Assembly: GCA_051294375.1 (NCBI GenBank)
Contig: JBJCIZ010000780.1
Span: 1 to 7,603 of the forward strand
Origin: Paraspadella gotoi
Lineage: Eukaryota; Animalia; Chaetognatha
DNA: 7,603 bases
Direction: 5' to 3'
Positions 1 to 7,603 of the stretch are shown piece by piece. Position numbers and translations under genes: made by a program. Under the pieces are notes generated by a model. It did no database searches. It was not told the DNA's origin and saw only the letters and a list, made by a program, of their open reading frames with translations. Each line of letters opens with the position of its first letter. The stretch's first letter is position 1.

Positions 1-79
1 GAGGTAATACTACACTTGATAGTATGTCAATAGTATCCATTTATTGATGTACATACTAGGACATTGATTATTGAACTCC

Positions 80-193
80 GATGATAATCAATTTATTGAT
101 GCGATGAATACGTCATTTCCACTGCTGTGATGATAGTCATTCCCACGCATGCGATGATTGTCATGTCATTGATGCGAATGATAGTCAATAAAC
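80..193. repeat. Degenerate ~23-26 bp minisatellite, about 5 units (consensus ~GATGATAGTCATTTAYTGATGC)
   Basis: Units: 80 gatgataatcaatttattgatgc; 103 gatgaatacgtcatttccactgctgt; 129 gatgatagtcattcccacgcatgc; 153 gatgattgtcatgtcattgatgc; 176 gaatgatagtcaataaac. A partial unit atagtatccatttattgatgt lies at 30-50. Confidence 0.75.
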
Positions 194-215
194 AACAAAC
201 TGCGTGTATGAGTGA

Positions 216-237
216 AGAGAGAGAGAGAGAGAGAGAG
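216..237. repeat. (AG)11 microsatellite
   Basis: Perfect AG run read directly; a purine-rich tract continues to ~268. Confidence 0.95.
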
Positions 238-415
238 GAGATGAAAGTGAAGAGAGAGAGAGAAGAAATAGCACGATAAATCCCACGAAAAAATCTCGGA
301 TTCGAAAATATGGTGATTTCTGTATTGTACCTCCAAAAAGCGCGGAAAAAAATGGTTATATTAATAAAAGTTTTAAGAAGTGTCTACTAAACACATACCC
401 ATCCAGAACTTTTCA

Positions 416-560
416 CAAAACAAACGAATCACGCAAGAAGATTCGGCTCTCCACAGAGAGGGACAAGAGACACACAGAGCTAGAAAAAGCAGAGCAGAGC
501 AAGCACGACGCCGCTTGCAGAGGGAAAAGAGAGAGCAGAAAGAGCGATATATAATAATTA
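416..560 (-). repeat. Inverted copy of the 1955-3095 array unit
   Basis: 416-485 caaaacaaacgaatcacgcaagaagattcggct..agagagggacaagagacacacagagctaga aligns with the reverse complement of 2741-2804 (caaaaaacgaacgatcacgctagagatcgctgcaaagagaagacagagcacacacagagcgaga). 536-545 cagaaagagc is the reverse complement of the head-motif part gctctttctg at 2863-2872. Confidence 0.65.
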
Positions 561-1535
561 AAAAGAGAGAGACCAGAGAGAGAGCAAGCTTTCTCACAGC
601 CCCTTTTACTACGTTAAAGACACTCAGCAGTAACCTATGGCGCCAAGATCGTTAGCGCTTGAAGCTTAATCTTCACTCTAACACCAACAGACCGGTATTC
701 CGACTACCCTGCTCTCAAGCCCGACTCGAGTATTATATTAACCATTAGACAAGCCAATCCCGTAGGACGACCTCAACTCACACTATTCCCGAATCACCGT
801 GAGCCCACATATATATTTAGAAAATTTTTTTGTAAAAAAACAAAAAAACGTAGAAGAGCCATAGAGATGAAGATTACGAGAGAGAGAGAGAAGAAGAGAG
901 AGGCTGGTACAAGAAGCTGGACAGATGAGAGACCCGCAACTCTGTCTTCACGAACCAGATCTAGCATAAGACAGCAGTGAGACGCGAGAAAAGAGACGAG
1001 GAACAGGAGAGCGACATAAGTGAGTTGGATTGAAAATATCAAGAAAGAAAAAGCAAAAGAGGGAGGACGGAAAGCGAACAGAAGATTAAAACGTTTGTAA
1101 TGATTTAGTAAAATAAACGATGAAGAGCACAAGAGATGTTACGAGAGAATATTTGAATGAAACTCATTGGTTTAAAGAATTTTGAGAAATGTATCTTGAT
1201 CTTATGAAGCCAGTTATATTGGAAAATTTCAACTCCCTATTGAATTTGTCACACGAGTCTCAGGAAACCATGTAGTGCAAAATTAAGCGCTGACGAAAAG
1301 ACTAAACCGAATTTATATATCTAGAGACGAGGTCGCTTTGTGCACTCAGTCTCTAAGGACTACAAGAGATAGATGGAAGGGTTGTTAGAGATTAATTTTT
1401 TTGTTTTGATAAATGTTTTATACGAGAGAACATTTTAATAACTGTCGCTCTGTAGTTGAATTTTTAATGTTAACATCGATGATGACTAACGCGGTAATAT
1501 ATTATAATTTTAATTATTGAGAGAGATATAATTAT

Positions 1536-1620
1536 TAATTAATCTATTAATTATATCTATATGTAATTAATCTATTAAATTTAATTAATTAATCTATTAA
1601 TAAGTATTCTATTAAATTTA
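1536..1620. repeat. AT-rich tandem repeat TAATTAATCTATTAA, 3 exact copies plus a partial one
   Basis: Exact 15-mer at 1536-1550, 1564-1578 and 1586-1600; partial tctattaaattta at 1608-1620. Confidence 0.85.
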
Positions 1621-1632
1621 TATTAATTATCT

Positions 1633-1671
1633 GTAGGCAGATCCGAACATTGTTTTGCTCAAATCTTGTTT
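1633..1671 (+). repeat. Dispersed inverted repeat, copy A (partner 7566-7601)
   Basis: gtaggcagatccgaacattgttttgctcaaatcttgttt versus the reverse complement of 7566-7601, gtgggcagatccgacattgtttgctcaaacttgttt: 35 of 39 columns identical, 1 mismatch, 3 one-base indels. Confidence 0.85.
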
Positions 1672-1954
1672 TATTACCAACTAGTCACTTTCGGCGAAGC
1701 TAAAATAATTTTAAGTGGATACCAAAAGAAAATTTTTAATCAAACCAGATTTTTTAAAAAATTGGCGTGAAATGACTATTTTTTGTAATTAATTTTATCA
1801 ATGCGTGATAAATCAATTTAATTGTGAATATGTTGCATAACATAGAAATTCTCTAATAATAGTCCTATTCATAATATTAAAGAAATAGTTTAAAAATTTG
1901 GAACTATTATTAAATGCGAACTAGGTGAGAGCTTTCCTATTATACTCCTCTGTA

Positions 1955-3095
1955 AGATTCTTTCTTTGTGACCTGTTCGTTTTTTGAAAAATTCTGATTA
2001 TTTGTTTTTGGGCGCGTTTTTTTAAAAAAATTTAATCAAGTGCGCTGCCTTATATTCCTGAAACGTCAAAAAACGAGGTTCAGTTTGCCCCTGCTCTCTC
2101 TCTCTGTCTCTCACCTCCGTCTCCTCTCTCATCTCTCCTCCGACTACCCTAAAGAATCTCCGCTCTCTCTCACCGTCTCTCTCCGTCTCACATCCTCCGT
2201 CTCCCTCTCCGTCTCCTCTGGCATGATCGATGATTACGGTGGCGGTCTAGGTCTCACGGTGGCTCTCTACCGTCTGCGTCTCAATCGTCTCAAACTTCAA
2301 CGTCTCTCTCCGTCCTCTAACTCCGAATCTCTCGCTCTACTCGTCTACTTCTCCGTGCTCTTCGCGTCTCTCTCCGTCTCTCTGCAACCGGTCTCTCCTC
2401 CGTCTCTCTCTACGTCTCTCTCTACCGTCTCTCTCGTCGTGTGTGTCTGTCTATATATCTTCCTGTCTAGATCTCTTGCGTGAATCGGCCTCTTTTCGTC
2501 GTTAGTACTGATGAAACAACCTCGACATCAGAATTATTTATTACACTTCTTTAAAAAAATTTTTTGTGATCAAGAGTCTGCTGCCCTTTTTCTGGCAAAG
2601 CGCTTATTCTCAGCCAAACAAACCGAGCATCATCCAGTAGTCTCCTCTCCTCTTCTCGTCTTTCTCTCTTCTCTCTCTCTTCTCTCCTCTCTCTCTTCTC
2701 CGTCTCCTTCTCCCGTCTTTTTGCGGTCTCGTCTCGTGTCTCTCGCTCTGTGTGTGCTCTGTCTTCTCTTTGCAGCGATCTCTAGCGTGATCGTTCGTTT
2801 TTTGTAATAATAGTGGATTATTTTTTTCTCCCTAAACAAAAAATATTAATTATCACGGCGCTGCTCTTTCTGAATCGTTTAAACCTAACTGAGTCAGGCT
2901 GCTCTCTCTCTTTCTCTCTCTTCACTCCATCTCTCTCTCTCTCTTTCTCTTTTCTCTCTTCTCTCTCTCTGTTTTTAGTCACTTTTTCTCTCTTCTTCTG
3001 TTCTGTCGTCTAGCGTCTCTTATAGATCTCACTTGCGTGAATCATTCGTTTTTTGATATATATCTTTTTTCTCCTTCTCAAAAACTTTGATTACG
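1955..3095 (+). repeat. Tandem array of about 3 composite units (head motif + variable CT/CCGTCT core + tail motif)
   Basis: Head aaaaaa(t)tt..atca.g..gctgc..tt.ctg..a.cg..aac.gag at ~2019, ~2550 and ~2838. Tail gatct..tgcgtga(a)tc.ttcgttttttg at ~2469 (partial), ~2777 and ~3024, and degenerate at ~1955-1986. Confidence 0.7.
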
Positions 3096-3398
3096 CCATT
3101 TATTCGTTATCTTTTCCTCAATACTGACAAAATTACCCCAATTTTTATCGGATTTTGGAATGCATCTTTAAAAAAGGAAACAAGAACTATCTTATAATGA
3201 GCACTGCAATAGTCAACGACTGTGCATCAGTTAATGTGAAGAGTAGGTTGATACCTGCTATATATCGCGGCAAAAGCGGCGGAAAATTTAATTGCATGTA
3301 TCAATTAGCATGTATCTTCTTTTTTTATATAATACCAAAAATAGTATTCACAAAATCAAAAACAGCTATCAGTTGTAAAAACTAAGAAAAGAGTAAAC

Positions 3399-3542
3399 AA
3401 GTACAAACAACTATATAAATTAAACAGAAACAAAAGACACTAACCGTTTAAATTGGACTCATAAATAAAATGTTATGAAACTAATTAATAAGAAGACTAT
3501 AAAACATATAACATTTCAAGAATCGTTCAAAATTCAAATCTT
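3399..3542 (+). repeat. ~140 bp direct repeat, left copy
   Basis: taaattaaacagaaacaaaagacactaaccgtttaaattggactcataaataaaatgttatgaaactaattaataagaagactataaaa..aagaatcgttcaaaattcaaat aligns colinearly with 4993-5108; the extension to 3399/4973 is weaker. Confidence 0.88.
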
Positions 3543-3649
3543 GGTACAAAAAAAAACATCAAGTATAAAATTGGGAAGCAACATTATTATTTTTTTTATT
3601 TAAGAGATAGAACATTGTATTTTGACTTTCTTTTTTGATATAAAATTTT

Positions 3650-4183
3650 TAGTAGAGAAAAACGAAAAATTCGTTGTAATAGGCAATTTTTATTTTTTTA
3701 TTTTTACATGGTTTGACTTGTTCTTCATCAGTCAATTCTCCAGGGGCCAAGTTTGAAATTCAATTAGTACCAATTTTATTTAAAACATTTAGTTTACGAA
3801 GAGAGAGAGAAAGAAGAGATAAAGAGAGATGTTTCCAACAAAGATGCAGCAAGGCATAGTGGTCAGAATTGTGATGGACAGGTTGATATAGTAGGAAAGA
3901 GAGAGCAAATGATTTTGAAAGTTGGTGTAAAAAGAAAGAGAGAGAGAGAGAGACGATGAGAGAGAGAGAGAGGAGACAGGGGGATCAATACATTAGGCAA
4001 TGTACAACAGTGAAAAATTAAAAAAAAAACTAAATATTTAACAAAAGTACATAATAATTGATGTTAGCTGTATGGATTGTTAGTAAGTAGAAAATTGAAA
4101 TAGAAGAATATAGTGATGAGGGATAAGATAAGTTAAGATAAGTGAATATGTAAGGTAAGAAAAAGAGCCTCAAAAATGAGTGG
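3650..4183 (+). repeat. Left arm of a long imperfect inverted repeat (~535 bp)
   Basis: Colinear reverse-complement anchors: aaaacgaaaaattcgttgtaatag (3659) / ctattacaacgaatttttcgtttt (4933); gtttccaacaaag (3831) / ctttgttggaaac (4784); ggaaagagagagcaaat (3894) / atttgctctctctttcc (4714); taaggtaagaaaaagagc (4151) / gctctttttcttacctta (4444). Confidence 0.95.
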
Positions 4184-4427
4184 AGAGGAGTCTGTATCAG
4201 CCTGTCCCAAACAGGCCCGAATAGTCAATCCCCACACTACATCAGGATGAGAGGCCCTCGGCAGGTATATTCAGGCAAAGAGTATTCGAGTGGCCTCGCC
4301 GCATTTTTTCCGCCGGACATTACCAGATTCCAGCCCTGTCCCCATTCCCAAAAATATATCTCAGCCCTATGAGCCGCTAATGACCCGACTACATCGTTAA
4401 CGTCCACATTTTACCGCTGGGGGATGG
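4184..4427. other. GC-rich spacer (loop) of the fold-back
   Basis: Hand count of 127 G+C in 244 nt (~52%), against clearly AT-rich arms; no microsatellite and no listed ORF. Confidence 0.8.
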
Positions 4428-4968
4428 CCAGCTCATTTTTGTAGCTCTTTTTCTTACCTTACTATTTCACTTATCTCTAAACTTATCGTATCTCTCATCA
4501 CTTATTCTTTCTTTTTCATTTTCCTTACTAACAATCATCAGCCTAACAATTAATTATATTATTACTTTTGTTAATATTTTAGTTTTTTTTTTAAAATATT
4601 TCTTCACTGTTGTAGCATTGCTAAATGTACTGGATCCCTGTCTCTCTCTCTCTCTCGTCTCTCTCTTCTCTCTCTCTCTCTCTCTTCTGTCTTTTCACCA
4701 ATTTCAAAAATCGATTTGCTCTCTCTTTCCCTACTTTTCACCTGTCCTCACATCTGACCCACCATATCCTTGCTCAATTCCACCTTTGTTGGAAACTCTC
4801 TTTCTCTTCTTTCTTCGTCTCCTCTCTCAAACTAATGTTTTTAAAAATTTGGATCTACTTGAACTCACTTGCTGATGAGACTCGGTAACACTAAGAGTCG
4901 AAACACTGTACAATAATAAAAATAAAAATTTGCTATTACAACGAATTTTTCGTTTTCATCTCTAACTA
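4428..4968 (-). repeat. Right arm of the long imperfect inverted repeat
   Basis: Reverse complement of 3650-4183, including the CT tract at 4640-4685 that mirrors the GA tract at 3933-3976. Confidence 0.95.
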
Positions 4969-4972
4969 TTTA

Positions 4973-5110
4973 AAGTAAAAAACCTAATTTATTAAATTCA
5001 ACAGAACACCAAGACACAAACGTTTAAATAGACTCATGAATAAAATATTATGAACTAATTCATAAGAAACTATAAAATACAACGTTGAAGAACGTTCAAA
5101 ATTCAAATTT
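4973..5110 (+). repeat. ~140 bp direct repeat, right copy
   Basis: taaattcaacagaacaccaagacacaaacgtttaaatagactcatgaataaaatattatgaactaattcataagaaactataaaa..aagaacgttcaaaattcaaat matches 3416-3539. Confidence 0.88.
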
Positions 5111-5623
5111 TTTTATTCTTTCCCTCTTTATCTTCCTCTCTATCCCAAATATTATAATGGCCAAATGACACGTCTCTAAATTGAATAATTTTTAAAAAAA
5201 AATTATTATTTCACAATCGAGCATTAAAGATTTAAGTTTAACGTGGGACTATAACGGCGTTAGATTCAGAAATTTAGCTGAATAGCAAGGCGATGATGAA
5301 TAAAAGGTCGCGAAAATTCAGACAGGTTCTATTTTTTACAATAAAGGCCGTAAAATCCCGTAAAACTGAGATTGAAATATAGTAAAAGGGACAAGATAAT
5401 TTTTCCAATTAAAAAAAGCCCTAGTCGATGAATGGGTGATAAGGTTCAATATCGGTTATTAACTTTGCATCTTTTTATTTTAATTGTAATTAACTTGTGA
5501 GACCCTGATATTATTCCTTATGTCCTATCATTCACCAGATGTTTTTAAAATATAGAGAAAAAGAGAGTTTATGCCTGATACAAAATCAATTTTACGGACT
5601 CCTAGTGGATCTATGTCATGAGT

Positions 5624-5641
5624 GAGAGAGAGAGAGAGAGA
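5624..5641. repeat. (GA)9 microsatellite
   Basis: Read directly. Confidence 0.92.
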
Positions 5642-6426
5642 AAGATGTAACAGGGGTATTTTCAGTTTTTCATTTGCAGTTGAATCAAATGAAGGTCAAA
5701 ACAAGATATTTTTCATTCAACGTTTTTGGCAAATTTAATGTTAGATTTTGCTTTTTCCAAGGATAGAGATTGGTTTTGTCGAGTTTTTCAAGTTTTGTTT
5801 TCCTACATCAATAAAGAGTTGGTATGAGGGTCTGAATCTGATTCGGGAAGCAAAATTAAAACAATGAAAGTTGCGGCACTGGCCATTGTTGGGCTAAACT
5901 CCAGTTGACACTTATTATAATAATATATGGAAATACAATGAAAGTATATAAAAACTCATTCATAGACATTTAACAAAATTAGTAAGTTGAAAACGTGGAA
6001 TCTTTCCTCCAATCTTTTCATTTGGCCTTCAATGATCTGACTAAGGTAGAAGAGGTTAATGTGAGAAACGTTTATGACGATTGCCACTTATTCTCTCGCG
6101 AGCGGAGACGGCATCCAAACGACTCCCGTTTCTGACTGTTTCAACATGGGATTCAAAAAATATGTTTTTGTATTGCTCAAGAAACTTTAGTAGTATCCCC
6201 GAAAAAAATGTTAAAACGAGATCCAAAAACAAGCAAACGTTTCTGATTGAGTCTAAAAACAGGACTGAAAAGTATTCTCGTTTCCCTCCTAAAATAGACT
6301 TATAAAATATGGTGAAAAAAGGCCGGTAAAACTCGAGTCCTAAGAATTTGAGGGAATCAGGGTGAGAGAGAGACGAAACATAGCATTTTTCTTACTTTTT
6401 AAAGATTGCTTCTTTCAACGGAGAAA

Positions 6427-6444
6427 GAGAGAGAGAGAGAGAGA
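6427..6444. repeat. (GA)9 microsatellite
   Basis: Read directly. Confidence 0.92.
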
Positions 6445-6850
6445 AAAAAAGAATATAATTTGTTTAAATAAATCAAATCAAATAAGAGTCTACACATTTA
6501 CTGAAATACAATTTTTATGGGCTTTGATTTTTAAATTTGATTGTTACTATCTAAAACATTATTGCCTACCGGCGATTTAAACCATGGTCCTAGAAAAAGG
6601 AAAAGAAAAAGAGAAGATATGAAGAGGTTGTATATAAAAAAGAGGGAAAGGGATGAGAAAGAGAAGTTTGAAGAGGAAACAAATAGATATTGAGCTCACA
6701 GGGGGAGGGAGAATGGCAAATTAGGGAATGGTCATTTAAACTTGGGGAAAAAAAATTAATTGGTTTTATTTTAGATAACAGTGATGATGACGTTGATGAT
6801 AACAAAGACAACAATGAGGCGACAACAAACACTTTATGTACGTTGAGTAA

Positions 6851-6866
6851 GAGAGAGAGAGAGAGA
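6851..6866. repeat. (GA)8 microsatellite
   Basis: Read directly. Confidence 0.92.
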
Positions 6867-7072
6867 AAAGAGCAAAAGATTAAGAGAGGAATTTCAAGTA
6901 TCATCTGCTTTGTTGATGAGTTTGGCTTTCTTTTGCTTTGCTTCAGTCACTTTGTTACTTTCTAACTGTTTTATTCTAGTTCATATTGTTTAAAAATCTT
7001 TGTCAATTGTTTTGTGTGAAATATTCCTTTTTTTTTCACTTAAAAAAACCTTTAAAATACAAAGATTTTAAT

Positions 7073-7119
7073 GTCACGTGACCGATATTGAACAATGACC
7101 ACTGACCAATCGCGATTGG
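7073..7119. promoter_or_regulatory. Candidate cis-element cluster: palindromic G/E-box plus an inverted CCAAT pair
   Basis: GTCACGTGAC at 7073-7082 and the perfect palindrome CCAATCGCGATTGG at 7106-7119. No associated gene is visible. Confidence 0.3.
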
Positions 7120-7565
7120 CTATTTTTTGATAAATTTAAAAAAATGCGTGTGATCCCGAATATTTAATTATCAATTGCTGTTGTGAAATGAAAGAAAAGT
7201 ACAAAGGGCAAAGAAAAAATCAGGAGGTAAAAGATTTTGAAAAAATTATACGTTAGAGTTCCGCCTTAGTCCACAATATCTCATAAAATTATAGTTTTGC
7301 AATGTGCATGTGTGTCATCCACGTTATCACCGGTAATTTTAGTTTATATTTTGCTGATAAAGACTTGATTGGTGTAGAAACTGTATATGTACAGTATGTA
7401 GTGACGTGATTTCCTAAATGAGATTGTACTCATAGCATACAAAGTCAATGCATAACTCACTAATTTGCTGTTATATTTAAAACTTAGCAAATAAATAATG
7501 TATTTATAATAAAGGCTTGTTTTCGTAAGGTTCATGTAAATGTGATCATCTAGAAATTCGATCAC

Positions 7566-7601
7566 AAACAAGTTTGAGCAAACAATGTCGGATCTGCCCA
7601 C
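7566..7601 (-). repeat. Dispersed inverted repeat, copy B (partner 1633-1671)
   Basis: See copy A; this copy runs essentially to the window edge. Confidence 0.85.
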
Positions 7602-7603
7602 GA

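Larger units (their letters stand above)
3650..4968. mobile_element. Possible non-autonomous long-TIR DNA transposon remnant (MULE- or Foldback-like)
   Basis: Architecture only: long inverted arms and a short non-coding interior. No transposase, clean termini or target-site duplication were found. Confidence 0.35.

Noticed and set aside
80-193. CRISPR interpretation of this repeat or of the 1955-3095 array
   Set aside because: The repeats are degenerate, there are no constant-length unique spacers, and no cas genes are present.
373-1132. ORFs 373-597, 380-655 and 794-1132
   Set aside because: Their R/E-rich or L/S/F-rich composition comes from GA/CT tracts; no recognisable domain, and the starts are non-ATG.
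1322-1355. Hairpin tagagac..gtctcta
   Set aside because: A 7 bp stem is at chance level and has no supporting context.
699-2150. Exact 12-mer tccgactaccct at 699 and 2139; similarly aaaatatggtga at 305 and 6304
   Set aside because: 12-mer matches are expected by chance in 7.6 kb, and the flanks do not extend.
2040-3013. ORFs 2040-2483, 2511-2807, 2630-2839 and 2813-3013, some looking membrane-like
   Set aside because: They are stop-poor CT microsatellite frames (Leu/Ser, or Arg/Glu on the other strand) inside the tandem array.
3155-3385. 76 aa ORF, and cctgctatatatcgcgg (3254-3270) as a possible Helitron 3' hairpin
   Set aside because: The ORF has a TTG start and no motif; the hairpin is imperfect and has no downstream CTRR terminus.
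4618-4888. Two overlapping ORFs in the right arm
   Set aside because: They are driven by the CT tract, and the frames are not preserved in the inverted partner arm.
3399-5110. TRIM or LTR retroelement interpretation of the direct repeats
   Set aside because: No TG..CA ends, primer-binding site or polypurine tract before the right copy, and no 4-6 bp TSD was seen.
6081-6965. ORFs 6081-6305, 6362-6580, 6590-6904 and 6690-6965 (acidic SDDDVDDN patch)
   Set aside because: They are short and low-complexity with no recognisable family; the acidic patch is a degenerate GAT/AAC triplet run.
7344-7601. 85 aa minus-strand ORF
   Set aside because: Its Y/I/K-rich composition is typical of AT-rich non-coding DNA, and it overlaps a repeat copy whose partner differs by scattered 1-base indels.

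Overview
AT-rich, apparently non-coding, eukaryote-like DNA (plant-like by feel only) with many GA/CT microsatellites. No protein-coding or RNA gene is supported. Most listed ORFs are translations of GA/CT tracts and the rest are short AT-rich frames. The window is built from degenerate repeats. (1) A ~1.3 kb fold-back with ~535 bp inverted arms (3650-4183 / 4428-4968) surrounds a 244 bp spacer of ~52% GC and is bracketed by a ~140 bp direct repeat (3399-3542 / 4973-5110). (2) A tandem array at 1955-3095 has units with conserved head and tail motifs around a variable CT core, with inverted copies at 416-560 and probably 947-1030. (3) A 39 bp inverted repeat pairs 1633-1671 with 7566-7601. (4) Small minisatellites lie at 80-193 and 1536-1620. 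Repeat copies differ largely by 1-base indels, so the sequence may be error-prone or non-natural. All alignments were made by eye.
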